Below are positions 24,535 through 39,342 of a DNA stretch of 64,000 bases, piece after piece. The stretch lies in contig NW_026250417.1 in assembly GCF_024521635.1 (NCBI RefSeq), positions 682,001 to 746,000 of the forward strand, read 5' to 3'. Origin of the DNA: Tricharina praecox. Taxonomy: Eukaryota. The position numbers were made by a program, and so were the translations under genes. Under the pieces are notes generated by a model that was not told the DNA's origin, did no database searches, and was given only the letters and a program-made list of their open reading frames with translations. Position 1 is the stretch's first letter, and each line of letters opens with the position of its first letter.

Positions 24535-27500
24535 ACTTTTCTACTCACTCGCAAGTTCCTGGTGGAGAACATAGTCCTCGCTTTGAATCAAGACACAGGA
24601 AGTTGCATGATTTGAGAATGTTTTGCAAACCTTCCACCAGCGTCGAGCCTTAATATTAGTCGTACCTAGTCTGGTACCGGCGAGTGTACTCGACAAACTC
24701 GACACGGGCGCAGGAAGATTGAGGGAATCCGGTTTCAGAAGAAGCAACCTGCCGGAGCGAGTAGCGAACGTGAGACTTGAATATAGCACAACTTTACGAA
24801 ATCACCATCATCGGTCCTGATTTCGTAAGGGTAGCGGTGCCACATCGTAGGTAGTGTATTGCAAGATCTGCAGTGCAGGACGGGGAACGGGGCCAGATCA
24901 ATGCGCCGTGCGTTCCGTCCACCGCCACCCCCGAAGCTTGTGCCATGTGGGTCTCGCGTATGTATGGTCTCGCTCGCTTGAAGCCGACTAAACCAAAAAA
25001 GTTGGTTTAGCGCGTGCATCTGCCTTAAGCGCCAGCAAAAGCGCTGTGATACGAATCGTGCATCGAGCGAGCACTCATGATGCCCGCGATCAAAGAAGAA
25101 TCCCGTCGTCAACCGTAATGGCCGAAAAAACTGGTTCAAAATTCTAGTATTCCCCGGCGTGCTATTCACGAGAGAGAACGAGTGCATACCCCTAGACTGC
25201 TCCGGCCCAGCCACTCGTCTACAAGGTCGTTCTGTGTTTGTAATGACCAGAACGCCGGCCAGTCTCGCCATTTCCCCACACTTCCCAAACCACACCATCC
25301 ACATTGATCTGGGGAATGTCTCGATTCCAGGCAGAAATTCGATACGTATGGTCCAAACCATCCATCCAGCCGGGGGGGTGCTGCGAAAGACCTGGGGAAC
25401 TCGAGTTTAGCCGAAACATCCACCCCGGCCTTCCTGTTTACCCTTCATGTTTGTCCCCCAATCGAGCCCGATTCCAGGCCAGTGCTTGACAAAGCCTAGA
25501 GCGCGAGCATGCGTACGCGTCGAGACGTTACAAACCGCAGTGAGGTCTAGAATCTAGAGCTTGGAGGATATATGTCTTCCACATGGCCCGGTCAAAATCC
25601 CGCACGGCACGCACCTGCACCCGTCGTCACTCGAGGGAATCCATGTGGAGGAGAAGAAACAGCTCGCCAAGAGAGGAGTGGATGATTATCGTGGAGTGAA
25701 TGCTTTGGCCTGCCTGCCAGCCACCGTTCAGCACGAGAGAACATTCGGATGGGCGATGGGAACTTGTTGCTCTCTCGGAAACCGCCCAGAAATCACTCGC
25801 CCCCGGTCCCCCCCTTCGGGTTTACTCTTCATCTTCGATCAGTCGGCACCGGAGTCTCCAACGTCATGATTACCAGCCTAGCCAGGTCTTTTTGGAGGTT
25901 CCCCGCCCTCTCTGGATAGATGGATCTGGCCTGTGACAACTCGCTCAGATTCCAGATCTCGCTCACCACTTTCCAATCCACTCTGCGCTTCCCCCCGCGG
26001 ACTGCCCCGCAACCCACCTGGTCCTCGCTGTCCGTGCCGACGTCACCAGCGGCCCCGCAACCCGACGGCCCGGGTATTCCCTTGGGTCTGCGCGCGTGTG
26101 TTGCCCGCGGCGGAAGATCAGTTGTCTCCGGAATCGGGATCTCCGATCGCTCCCATTGCCCAACATCCGCTGGCCGCTGGGACCTCTCTTCCCCCCCACC
26201 CCACCCACTCCTTCAATTAATATACCAGCAACAAACCTACAGTACCGTCTCACGCGCCAGCCAGCCAGCCAGCTAGGTGGGTAGGTGGGTAAGCACGTTA
26301 TGTACCTTGATGTCACCGCCTTAATCTCCCTACATACAATATACTTACGGCACCGGTGGAATTAACCGTGCCTACCGCAGCTTCAGATACAGACAGGAAG
26401 GTAGAGTACCTTCCTAACCTAATACATAACCTACCTAAAAAATGCTAACGAGAAAGAAAGAAAAAAAACTCGAACTACATCATACCACATCTGGTCCGAT
26501 GCTTAATCCATCTCGGCGGCCTCTGACACCGCCCCTACCCACCCCAGGGGTCACCACCAGCACCAGCCACTATACCCAAAGTCTCCGATACCCCAACACC
26601 ACCAACGCCAACATGCGCAAGATCTTGATCGAGTCGGACAGGCTGTCTGTCGGAGGGCTGGCTTCATCCGTAAGATATACAGATAGCCTAATGATTAATC
26701 CCGCCGGTGGCCGTTACATTTGACATTTGAAGGGGGAAACGGGCTGACAAGCGCAAGCGTCACATGTAACTGTACTAGTTACAGGCAGCGACAGCGACAG
26801 TGACAGTGACAGTGCACCCAAGCACACATGGGTACTGCTGGAAACGCCGGAGAAATCAAGCCTTTCTCGCATGGCATGCGCTCCGTCACGACTCACGACT
26901 CACGTCCGGAGGACTCGGGACTCAGGACTCAGGACGACGAGGGAGGGATCTCTGATCAGATCTCTCGAGTCTCGGCGTGACTCGTCGACTCTGCCATCCA
27001 CACACGCCAGTACGCACGTATGATTCCCCCGTGCAGGCAGGCAGGTAATCAATCACCATCATCATCATCGACAAGCCGCCCAGCCAGCCAGCGAAACCCA
27101 GCCGGCCGGCCGACGCAAACACCGGCCCGCCACTCCAGAATCCAAAATCTCGTACAACTCGCACCAACGCAATAAGCCTCCACCCTCCGCCAGATCTCCC
27201 AGATCGCGTGCACCCAGCCAGAACAAAACTATCCATGGGGCTTGGGAGGGCGCGGAAGACGGCCAGTGGCAGGTCTAGGCTACCTACATACCTACGCACA
27301 TCACATATGCATAGGACCTACGGGTACGGAGGTGTCCCGCTCGCTCACCGGCGCACGCGTTCCGTACCGTATCGTATCGTACCGTATGCAGCCAGCCAGA
27401 AAATCTACACACCTTCCCTGCAGCCTGCAGGCCAGGCTGCGCAAGACGATATCGATCTGTCCCGTGCGTTGCTGCACACTCCCCTTCTCCCGGCTGGGAA

Positions 27501-28989
27501 GGGTAGGGGGAGGGAGGGAGCCTGGGAGGGGGGGTCACGGCGGGCAGCCGGAACTTGGAACTTGGAATGAGGACAGATGCGGATGCGGTGGATGGTGGAT
27601 GGTGGATGCTTCGTTACCTGTGATGCTCACTCGAGAAGGTGCATACACGCATCATATGGACATACGTACCTCCTGGAACACCTGGAACGCTTGGAACTCA
27701 AACCGGCAGGCAGGCAGGCGCGCCGGCAGGCAGGCAGGGAGGAGTGGACGGACCCTTCACCCTCAACCCTCGACACTCGACCCTCCGCGGTTGGGTTGGG
27801 TTGGGCTGTGCTGTAGCCGGTAGCCCGTACCTAGCCTGTAGGCTGTTTACCGGCGATCACAGCGTTCCGATCGAAGACTGGCCACTGAAGTTGGTGGATA
27901 CTTACGGATATATACGGTCGTTTCTCGGATGGCTTCCTGCCTCTGCCCTGCCTGCCCCTGTCCGCTCGCCCTTCTGCCTACCTACCCGCCTACTTACCTG
28001 CCTGCCTTCCTGCCTTCCTGCCTCTGTGTGCCCGCACGTCCGCCTGCCTGTCGGAGCTGGTTTCAGCTCCTCTTCCAGCTCTGGTTCCAGTTCCAGCTCT
28101 GGTTCTGGATTCGTGCTAGGTAGTAGGTAGGGAATATATGGATGGATGGATTGATGGATGGCCGACGGGAGCATGTGAGCAGCTAGGTAGGTAGGTAAGT
28201 ACTTGGCTCACCGTTCGTCTCGTCGATATTAACCAAACCCCGGATTGTAAGTCTTCCCATCCGCCGGCGGATGGATATAAACCCCAAACCCCAAACACCA
28301 CCAGCAAGGAAAGAAAACAGAAAAAAAGAAAATACGCCCGGAAAAACTGCCCGGCAATCACGGGGCCTGGACTCATGACCCGGAAGGAGTGGGAAACAAT
28401 CCGGTAGGTAACTTGTAACAAAGTTAAGTACCCACTGATACTGGTTGTGCTGGGGCACTCGGCGCAATAGAGACTGGTCATGATGACTCTGAACTCGGGT
28501 AGGAACCGGATTCAGGAGTAGGTAGTTAAAAAAGCCATGGGAAAACCACCCAGAAGCTGTCAGGCGCAAATCCAAACTTGGATCTTGAAAACTAATAGTA
28601 ATGGTAATAAAACAGAGACGATGATGCCCAGCAAGCAATATTTTAGGAAAACCGCAAAAACAAAAACAGCAGTAAGTAGAAAACAGTAAAAAAAAAAAGC
28701 CAGCCAAATCAAAGAACGCCGCGAGCCCCGTGCCCTGTAGAGTAACTAACAGACGGAAAAAAAACAAATATTTGTACAGCCCCCAAACTCGAAATTTTTT
28801 CGAAAACCCCCTGTAGCCATCAAGATGCTACAGATGCTACAGATGCACCAAATAGAAAACCCGACAGCAAACTCAAAGGTAAAAAAAGCAAAATGTAAAA
28901 AAAATCGGGTACCTAGGATACATGTCAGCAGGGGAATCCTTCTAATGAGAAATAGAGTTGTCAGGCATAGCATGTACATACCCTCAAAT

Positions 28990-31322
28990 TCAGGACCATG
29001 TGAACGATTCCTCGGAAAACTCAATCCTAGCCTCGTCCACCCTCTCACGCACCGCCGCCCGGACGTTATCGGCCAGACTACCTGGTCCGCAGACTGAATA
29101 CGAAATAAGGTCAGCACCACCATCTTAATAACTGGGTTTTGGGATTTTTTGGGCTAAGGGCCTGTTCGGAAAGATTGATGCAACGTACCATTAACAGCTA
29201 GCGCGCCCCTTCCGCCGCGCATTCTCGTGGGCGCCAGCATCCCGGCGAGAATCACCTCCATCTGCGGTCTTCCAGCGAACCACTTGACGCGGGGGCCGCC
29301 GCTCATGTCGGTATCGTACTGGGAGCAGGGTCTAGTAACGTAGATCTCGACCTCGAGCATGCCCCTCCTGGCATCGAGCCGCCACAGCTCCTCTAGCCAG
29401 TCGCTGACCCACGAGATGTTCCGGCTGTTGCGCACCACCCACGCGAGCTTTATCCGGCGCGCCGCCACGAGCCCTTCCGAACTGGCTACTAGAAGGTGGC
29501 GGATGTAGCCTAGCGGGTGCGTGATGCCTGATCCGCCGGCTACAAAGAGCAGAGATGAGAATGAGTCGAATGAGTGCGCCTCGTTGCAATAGGGGCCTTC
29601 GACGAATGCAAGGAAGCGCTTGGGCGCGATATCCACCTTCTCGGGGTCGGTGCTGTGTGCAGCTTTGTAAGCTTCTCGGTAGAGGCGGCCGGTGAAGCCA
29701 TGCCGCCGGGAGATAACAAAGTGGATGGTTGTCCTCGGTTTCGAGGTAAGGAGATTACGGTGGGCGAGAGAAGTCGTGGAAGAAACTTCCAGCCTTGCGG
29801 TGGTCGTTTTGTCGTTGCACACAGCCAGGGTCGAAGACACCGGAGTCAACGGCTGCATCTGCACCTCGGCAAGGGAAGGGGTTGTGGTCGACCAGGCAAT
29901 GGAAAAGGGATGCGACTGGGTCCAGGACAGACGGGGGACGTAGAGATAAGCGTGCTGTCCAGGCTTAAACTCCCAGCCCTTCTTCATCGTGATGGATACT
30001 CGGACTGCATCCTCGCCAGCCGGAGCCACCTTGACTTCTGCGCTGTTGAGACTCCAACCCTTGCCGAGACGCACGTTCTTGCGGTAGATTGTGACCAATC
30101 GGTGCAGACGCTCGAACGCCCAGATACCAATAGCGATGTTCACGAACTTCTCATGGGGGAGCTCATCGATGTGGCAGTGGAGCCATGCTCCAACCAAAAA
30201 GAAGGCGATGCAGAGTTGATGCGTAGCCAGAAAGATCTGGTAATGGGCATGCCTCAACGGCGAAAGGGAAAGAAAGATGAGAAAGAACAATGCGATCTCG
30301 GCCTGCAACGGGTAATATCAGTATCATCCCGGCACTCGTATCGATCCATGTAGCGGGGAAACCAACCATGAGACCCATCTGGAAGAAAAGGGATCCTTTG
30401 ATTGCCACTCCGACGCCGGCCCAATTCGAATGGTCAACCTGGTTCACAGTCCACGCTCCCATGTGAGCGAAGGACTCCAACGCGACGATCCTGCCGGCCC
30501 AACGGTGGTACAGGTTCCACGTGTTGAAGGGAACTCCAACGGCTTTTCCCACGTAGTTGTTCCTCATCATGCAGACGAAGAGTGGGATCATGTTGACCGT
30601 GGCCATGACTCCGGTGCGTCCACGGAATTCAGCCACCAAAGAAGCTTTTGTCGGTGCGTGGAGCTTGTTGTCCGGGCCGATGCTGCCGTTCCAAGGGAGG
30701 TAGAGAGTGCAGTACAGAACATTCGAGAAGATGTAAGCGAAAAGCAAGATGCCGTTGACTCTTGAGGGCAGAGTTCCCAGGTACAGCTGGAACCATCTGG
30801 TCTGGAGAGGCTCATTGTGGCGTTTCCGAAAGAGCGGGGCGATGAGGAGATGCTTCTGCACGAAGATGAGAGCCTTCGAAAGCGGCTGAGCAAAGTAGTT
30901 TGCGGATGCAGTAGTGGCGACCGAAGAGATCAAGCGAACGTGATGCATATGGGCCATGTAGACCCGATAGACGAAGAGAATGGCCAGCAGAATACCAGCT
31001 GTCATGACCAGAATGTCCCTGCAAGTCTCGAATATCAGCGAAACGGAACCTTAAACCTTTCTGATTCGCCACAAGCCGGAACGTACCCAAATCTCAAGTT
31101 CTCATAGTTGTCCACTCCGGTCAATCCCCAGGTAAAATTGTACGTATCTGTCGACGTCCAGTTTACGACTGGTATCGCCTCGCCTTTGAACAGCGTGTGT
31201 GTTGTCTGCCGCTTCGCCAGGGTAGCGTCGCCATTGGTTGCCTGTGCGGTGGTGGCTGCACATCCCGCCAGAAGGAGCATGATTCGGGGAAAAGTCTGCA
31301 TGTCTGTGCCGTGTCGAGACAT
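28990..31322 (-). CDS. Ferric/cupric reductase (FRE family) transmembrane flavocytochrome
   Basis: Start ATG at 31322 or 31301 (signal-peptide-like MQTFPRIMLLLAGCAATTAQA). Exons to 31087, then 31018-30367, 30302-29189, 29093-28990. Motifs: heme His (YHRWAGR, AH, HQ, LHCH), FAD (PGQHAYL, SHPFSI), NADPH (VEGPY, AGGSGIT, VCGPGSLAD, ESFTW). Confidence 0.93.
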
Positions 31323-34300
31323 TGGAAGGGCTTTGGGAAGTTTTTGGAAGTTTTTGGACGCCTTCGACAAACGTATCGAGGACAGGGCTCTCTTTTATGA
31401 TATGAAAGCCGTCCGCGAAATTGCTTCCGAGATGCCAAGGTCTTCACAGCACCACGTACGATGGGGGGGGGGTTTTTTTTCAAAAAATAATAATAATCTG
31501 GAAGCGACTATTCGATGCACAGGATGGCAAAAGCTCTGAGGGGGAGTAGAGTTCTGGGAGGATTTCTTGTTGGCGGTATTGGTATCGTTGCTGTGAATAC
31601 AGCGAACACTCGGCTAGGGGTGAGCACTCGAGACTCGGGGCAGCCGTCCTGGAACGCAAGGATTTTCGAGGAACCGTCCGGCAAGCTGCAGCGCCCTCGT
31701 ACCGTATAAAATACGATTTCAAGGGAAGTTGCAGACGTTAGATAGACGACTATCCGATCGCCTGGAAATTCTGTGCACGCATGTCAGTATGTAGGGGAAT
31801 CGTCAAGACGCAAGGCGGCCGCTGGCTGGCGAGCGCAGTGGATAGCCACTTACATGAAGACCGAGTCGTCAATGCCGTCGGGGCAGTTAATTCGAAGCTC
31901 GTATTGTGAAAGAGTGGCGCTGTTGTTGGAGTTGATGTTGGATCGAGCACGAAGTAATAGTTGAGGTGCCTGCGGCAGTCTTATATCCCTTCCCAGGACA
32001 GCTGCACCAACATGGCTGCACCAACAACAACGGCCACAACAACAACAGCTCGGCCGCAAACCGCACCGTACGGGGGTTGCAAGGTACGCAGTGAATGACG
32101 GGCACCGACGGGACAGCAGCACAAACATCCGGTAGCGTAAGTAACGTGTAGGCCGACATGGCATGACGCTTGCGCCCCCCCAACGACGGGGAGGGTAGGG
32201 TAGTGGAGGGGGTGGGTGGAAACGAGAGGAGGAGTGGGTATAATCCAGATTAACGCACCGGTGTCTGTGTGCTTAGTTACTGTATAGTGCTGTGACCGGA
32301 CACGGCGCGAGAGACGAGGGAGAGCTGTGACCAGACGCGGCTTTGGAGGGAATGCCGTAGCACTACCCCTTCCCACGGTTCCAGTCGGTGGTTGATTCTG
32401 CCGGTACGGATGAGTGCTGGGCCTGTACCAGCAGCCCACGCGCCAGGCAGAATACAAGCGCAACGAACGACGGGGCAGGTTCGGTTCGGTGACGGTTGGA
32501 CGGGTGGTGCAGCGGCGGCCGGGAACGGAAGGCTGCGATGGTGCGGTTGCCCCTGGCGATCATTGGCTGGTGATGCAGGCGAGGTCTGTAGTGTCGTGTA
32601 GTGTAGAGTAGAGTTCCCAGGGAGTTTGGTACTTTGGTACATTCACGAACGGGCGTGTGTCGTATACGAACGGTCGCTGTGTTCAGCCGTCGCGATTCTG
32701 CGGCAACCACTCCCTCCGAGGGGGTGTGGGGGAGGACCGTTCGAATTCGCTTGGAGAATGGGATTTTCGGATTTTCCTTCTCTGAGCTGGAATGTGTCGG
32801 CTGTCCTCCGCCAGCTCTCTTTCGCTCGCTCTCGCCCACTCTCTCCCCAGTCCGGCCAGCCAAGTACACAGTTATCATGCAGTGTCACACGCAGCACGAT
32901 CGTGGACTCAATCAACCCATTCGGCGGGAGATGGGGGGTGGGAGGGGGGGTCAGCCCTGGACTTTGGTGTACCCCGCCAATAGTCTGTCCGCATGTGGCT
33001 GGCCGGCCCACTTGCAGTTACATACAGTCCAAGTCCAAGTCTTCCCCCCACCCCCCACCCTCAAGTCGTTCCTGCCTCACTTCACCCGCTCTGCCAATAT
33101 CGCCACGCCGCCCGGTCTGGGCGGATGGCTTTCTATCGCTCGCTCTGGACGTCTTTCTCTCGCTCGCTCTGAGCCCACACGCTCGCATAGATACCGTACT
33201 TACCGCCCCCTGCACGGCGCGTCAGACGTACGCACCTAGCGACCTGGTTACCTCAGCCCTGGCGGAGCGCAATGTATTCTCATCTGAGGCTGAGGAGGCG
33301 AGATCTGCGGACCGCGTGGAAATCGGAGCATCTCCGTATGCAACCATGAATGAACTAGTTATCTCCGAGCGAAGAAAGAAACGCTCGTGCGATTGCGGGG
33401 AAAAAACGCTGTTTCCAAATGGTCGGTAACTGGATTACTCTACTTACTCAAGTGTGTAGATAGTTGCTTGGCAGGCGGCTGTGGGGGAAAGTGGCGCGGA
33501 GTGTAGAGTAGTTAGAGTAGTCGAGTGGGCGGTGCATGGTTTGCGTTTCGTCGGGACGGCGACGACTCAGGCATTGCAGCCGCGCACGGTGTTTCGGGCC
33601 GTTGAGGCCATAACTAACGACAGTACTACTAGCAGACCACTAGTTCCCGGACATCCCAGAGACTGCGATGTCTCACAATGCTTTTCCTGTAGTATCGGAG
33701 ACTTGTAGAGTACTTGGTTGCAAGTCATAAGTGGTTTACAAGCCATCCATCATGTCTGGGCAGCTCGTGTTTCGGCACAGAACAGAACAGCATCCTCCTC
33801 TCATGCCCGCCCGCGCCGGATCTTCGCAACCGTTGACCGTATCGAGCACTGTAGGATCGCTCGCTCGCTCGCTCTGCCCCCCTCCCCTCCTGCCCCGGGA
33901 TTCTACCTGCTGCGGCTTGACGTCGAGATCTAGAACGCTGTGCGGACCCGGGCTGCAATCGGTGCAAGGCGAGTATGTGTGTGGGTAGGTAGATACATAC
34001 CTCATCCATACCTTGGGTACTTTCTTACACAGTTGCCGGTGACGTTGGAGTATACATAGTACCTACCTCTATACATATCGGCGTCTTACATACTTGAGTC
34101 TTGGTTACCGGTCACATCACATTGGAGTATACATAGTATTCTTACCATAGATATGTAGTTGCCGGCGGTGACATGACATTAGGGTACGGAAGCACGACCC
34201 GCCTTCAGGCTTCGAGAGAGACGTGAACCGTGAACCGTGAGCCTCGTCCTTGAGTCTTGACCCGCAACTATATTAAGCAATGAGTGAAGTGAGCCATCAC

Positions 34301-35057
34301 AAGTTGTAACCCAGCCCACCCATCTGGTCCGAGTATTCGAATCGGCAGCCTTGATACCAAAACGTCAGCCGATGTTTTCCCTCCTCCCTCTCGACGTAAA
34401 TACACATCATACATACTCTCCAGTGGAGGACGGACTCCGACTGCAACGCGGCGATGGCATGATAAACGCGGACAAGAGGAAGCCCGACGATTCCGAGGAC
34501 GATGCAATATATTCCCAGCGTTGCACGAGTAAGACGGAGCAGCGGAGGACGCGCATCTCCAATGCTCATAGTAGGCAGAAGAGCGAGCGAGCGGAGGAAC
34601 GGACGGACATCAACATGCGTCTACCTACGCTGCCGAAACGAAACAAACTCCTCCTCAGACCCCTACAGTGTTCCACCAAACCAAACCAAACCAGACAGAA
34701 CACAACTGAGATTGCCTCGATCTGGCAGTCAATCGGTCTACAACAATCGAATGCTTTCCCCAAGGCTCGCTCCCGAGGAGATGCCCTTGACAAGTACCCA
34801 TGGCTGTGGCCATGTATGATGTCTGCATACATGTTTATGCATACCCCACTCCCCCGCCTCCCTACCTCCCCCGCCTCCTCCACCATGAGGATCATCAGAT
34901 GTCTTCGATTAGTAGAGTACCTAGTAGAGTACATACGTAGATGCAGCCGGCTTTTTTTTACCGCGGCTATCGTACCGTATTCTGATTGTATTTGATGCAT
35001 CATGCTTGATGCTCGATATTCCCCAGGCTCCCCTCCCCAGCCAGGCACCCAGGCCAT

Positions 35058-35097
35058 CCACGATTTTCCACGATTTTCCACGATTTTCCACGATTTT
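35058..35097. repeat. (CCACGATTTT)4 tandem repeat
   Basis: Four exact 10-mers read directly. Confidence 0.9.
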
Positions 35098-35731
35098 CTA
35101 CCGAGATCAGATATCAATATCAATATCAACAACCCACGCCATTTAACATTAGGCGAAATCTACAATGCTCGAACTTCGACGTCTCCATGCATCGATAGCC
35201 ATCGATAGCCTGAAGTAGCAGGTAGGTCTGGCCCAGTGAGTGGAACAGCTCATATCTGGGTGGTAAAGTATCTACGTACATGCATAGTACATATGCAGCA
35301 CCCCCAAGTATTCCCCAAGCATCCCACAAGCAAGCAAATAATCGTCGTCGTCGTCTCGTCGTCTTGTCGTGATGCTGCCGGTGGTGGTGGTGGTGGTGGT
35401 GCTGATGCTCCCGTACACACGGAAGCGGTACGCAGTACACAGGACGGTACGCACTGCGTGATCTCCAGTAACGTCACGCATACACCACCGGCACCCGTCG
35501 TCACACTTTAATTTTCTTGCGTGCCCACCATACAAATGCCCGCTTTAGAAGAAGCCCCACACCTCCACACCTCCCCTCACGGTCTCCCGCAGGCCCGCCC
35601 CGTCTATCCGTCAATTCGTGTGTTCGAGTCACCAACCAACAACAGGTAAGTAGTTAGCGTTTTCCAAAACCATGCTACCGTTGTTTTTGGTCTGGTACCG
35701 TATGTAGAGGCTGCTCGACAGTCCTTGTTCT

Positions 35732-35735
<4 letters not shown>

Positions 35736-35762
<27 letters not shown>
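35736..35762. repeat. Poly-C tract (27 nt; G-quadruplex-capable on the minus strand)
   Basis: Uninterrupted C run. Confidence 0.85.
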
Positions 35763-36468
35763 GCACTCACTGCACGCACACACGCACGCAGGCCGGCCGT
35801 TTACTACATACATAGATAGATCCTGCCTAACTATCACTATTACTATGATTATCACTATGATATGCAATTCCCGCACGGATGAAGCCACACGGATGAAACC
35901 ACCACGCAATGCGCATGCATGCATATCCCCGAAAAAGAAAGAACGAATGTACGAATGTATGTGTGTATGTACGTGCAGCGTTCCGGCCGTTTCCGTTGGG
36001 TTGGAGGGGCTTGTGGTTGCTGGCGGGAGTCAGCCTCAGCCTCAGTTCGTTGGGTTTCAACTATGGGGGAAAAATTGCTTGTCCATCGAGGTGGGAATAG
36101 AGGTCCGAATCATAGTTTGTGATCAGGCAGAACAGGAGGAACTGACAGGAGTGCTTCTATTCTTTTCCACTCGCACCATCAGCTGTGCCCCCCGCTCTCC
36201 CCGTCTTTCAAAATACTGCTCAAAGAGTCGAGAAGCCCTTCTTCGAGTATTTCTGTCTCACTCCCGTTGCGCAGGTGTGACCACAACGTTAACACCTCGC
36301 GTCACCGAAGTCCGGGCTGTCCAGGCTGTCCAGCCCTCCCGCCTTCCAAAAAAATACTTCCACTCACTGGTGAGTGGTGAGTGGAAGCTTCCATCGTCTT
36401 CTCTGGTCACAGAGACAGACAAGACAAGACACACACCCGCCCACACACACACAGAGAGAGAGAGAGAC

Positions 36469-36550
36469 AGAGACTGACACACACAGAGACTGACACACAC
36501 AGAGACTGACACACACAGAGACTGACACACACAGAGACTGACACACACAG
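36469..36550. repeat. (AGAGACTGACACACAC)5 minisatellite preceded by (AC)n(AG)n microsatellites
   Basis: Five 16-mers read directly. Confidence 0.9.
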
Positions 36551-38869
36551 CTCGTCTAAATACCTCCCATCAACACCCTCGACACCCTCTTTGTTCCCCC
36601 ATCTTGCCGAGACACATCGTCACCATCATCTCCGGCCTCGTATCTCGCATCTCGTATCGTACGTATCCGGAACAGGTTGGACATTCGGATTGGACCGCGC
36701 ACGCCACTTACATAGATGATAGTTACTTGGAACCGCCCGCCTCCCCGAGTGGAGTAGCCAGATAGTACTCCAGTGGCCAGATAGTAGACATAACCCGCGA
36801 AGGAATACGAGAGATACGAGATGGGAGAACAAAGAGAAACGAAAGCAAAGCAAAGCAAAGAACAGGAAATAAAACGGGAGGAGAATGGAGGGGTACTTAC
36901 TTGGTATCATACAGAAAAGGTGAGCGAATGCAGAAATGGAAGGAAAGGGAAGGGAAAGGGAAGGGAAATGCACTTCTCTTCTGCCTGTGAAGATCTACCC
37001 AGACTCTAACCAGACCCATCTCTCTCTCCCTCTCGCCCAGACAGCAGACAGCAAGGGCATTGGGCATTGCCCATTGTCCACAGTTATGCCCGCTACTTGT
37101 CTTGTCTTGTCTCGAATACGGTGGTATATTTTCTCAACAATCAACATCGTCAGCGCGGGGGGCATACAGACTACAGCCACTGAAACGAAACCGACCTCGC
37201 CACTCCTCAAAATCGCAGTCACAACCGATGATTCGTCCTCTCGCTCGCTTGGAACTTACAGCCAACTGCGTGCGAGGTGCGAGGTGGACCGTCGTTTTCG
37301 TGCGTGGGAACACCACACGATGTCTGAGTCGATGCCTGAGTCTTATCTAAGACACAGATTCTGAGACAGATGTGTTCGCATGTTCTCATGGCAGGTACGA
37401 CATATCACCAGTGGCAATTGCTAGTCGTACCTCATCCGAAGTTTCTGGGTAACCTTTTCCCGCAAATTCTAAAAAAAAAAAGTAGAATGGCGAATGTTCA
37501 GTGTCCAGTGTCCAGTGTCCGAACTTGGCAGGATAGCCGAGGGGATTCAGAAGAGAGGGAGAGGGAGAGATAACGGCCCGTTGCCCACCATTGCCACCCC
37601 CCCGCCTCTCCCCGCCTCTCAACGAGCCAACGTCAGCTCTGTAGCTCGACAAAGTTACAAAGTTACGAAGTTACGAAGGTTACAAACTGCGCATGTTTCA
37701 TAACCAAGCATCCACATAGCAATCTTTCCACTCGCTTGCTTGTACATCCTCCGGCCCCACCTCCCCCCACTTCACCCCCACCACAAAGCGGGTGCACCGT
37801 GCACAAAGCTCGTAGAATATCTCCGCTTCGGAAAGCTCGGACGACGGACGACGGACGACGACACGTTGCCCTGGGGCCTGGCGGGGTGTCACCACTAGCG
37901 AACGCAACCACCGGCCTGATCGCTCCAAGTGCCGGAGATGAATGGGGGTATGTGGGTATTTATGGAGGTATGTATGGAGCTGCGGGAACGAAGGCTGTGG
38001 AAGCCGATGCTTGTGCTGATTCTGATGCATGGATGATGGATCTTAGATGTGAATCAGTGGTGCACTGTGTAGTTCGATTCGATTCGGGATCGCCGACGTG
38101 CGGTGTTGCGTTGCTGATCATAGAAGCTCACTCGATAGTTGGCGTTGATCCAGAAAAGTGGACTGTCAGGTTCTAGGAAAGGTTCGCTGATTGGGATGTC
38201 CCCGGCCATGGCTGAAAAGTATTGGGCCTGTGTAGAAAAGCGAACAGTGTATAAGTAGCGTTCGAATCTAGAAAAAAAATATCTGCGCTGCCTGGTGCCC
38301 GACGCTCGTGATATGGCTTTCTTCCTTCAGGTTATGTACCCAGTTTCAAGCTCTAAGCACTCATCTCGCCCAGCAGCCATCCACCTGGAACGGTTACTAA
38401 GATCCATCGCATTTCCACCAACCTTTTGCAACCTCCGAAAAAAACCGACCTCCTCGAACCATCACCATCACCGGCGGTCAGTATGTACACGTTACACCCA
38501 CCCAACCAACCATGCCGGGCACGGGCACGGGCTACTTAGTAGTAGTAACCAGTATGTGCCCCCAAGTGGCGTGACATCGCCGGTCCCAGCGATCCGTTCA
38601 TCTTCGCCCGTATTTAAAGCTGGGCGTGATCGCATCCGGCGTCTCTCCTGAACTTGGCTCGCCACCAACAAAAAAAAAGAAACGGTTGAGGTAGGTAGGA
38701 CGAGTAACACAGGTTCTCACTCGCTCCGGTAGGTACATAGAACGAAACAATGGCGGTTGATTAGATTTTGCACGTAGGCAGCGATGCCATATCGTGCTGA
38801 CCGGTAGCGGGGTCTTTAACCCGGCCGGCCAGGGTCGGCAGGAAATGATTGTGACGGTTCGCCATAGTC

Positions 38870-38909
38870 TAGATAGGCTGCATGCAAAATAACTTGAAGA
38901 TCTCTCTCT
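38870..38909 (+). repeat. Dispersed 40-bp direct repeat, copy 1
   Basis: TAGATAGGCTGCATGCAAAATAACTTGAAGATCTCTCTCT; 36/40 identical to 40676-40715. Confidence 0.8.
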
Positions 38910-39200
38910 CTTGAATTTTACACGTCAATGTCAAAGTTCAAGTCTATTCCGGTACCACTAATTCTTAGAAGTTAGCATTCTTCTTTGTCCTTGAAACTTA
39001 CAAGTTTCGCAACGTCCCCGTACATACGGCGTACATACCGCGTAAGCAGCCTTTGTGGCTTGAAGATTCTCAGCATGCGGTGTCCCTGGAATCTCAACCA
39101 GATGCAGCCTCTTCAGCCCTGGGCCGTCAGCCAAGCCCAGCCGAGTCCGGCATTATCTATCGTATTTGGCATTCTAGCATTAACTCAGCTCTGTCTGAAA

Positions 39201-39342
39201 CTTCATCACTTTGTCCCTTCATCACTTTGTCCCTTCATCACTTTGTCCCTTCATCACTTTGTCCCTTCATCACTTTGTCCCTTCATCACTTTGTCCCTTC
39301 ATTACTTTGTCCCTTCATCACTTTGTCCCTTCATTACTTTGT
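39201..39342. repeat. (CTTCATCACTTTGTCC)~9 minisatellite
   Basis: 16-bp unit, about 8.9 copies with no spacers; copies 7 and 9 carry a CAC>TAC change. Confidence 0.93.

Noticed and set aside
24988..25010. Perfect 9-bp hairpin CTAAACCAA-AAAAG-TTGGTTTAG as a Helitron 3' end or terminator
   Set aside because: No CTRR end at the expected short distance and no other element features; compatible with chance.
39201..39342. CRISPR-like array
   Set aside because: Head-to-tail repeats without spacers in a eukaryotic genome; it is a minisatellite.
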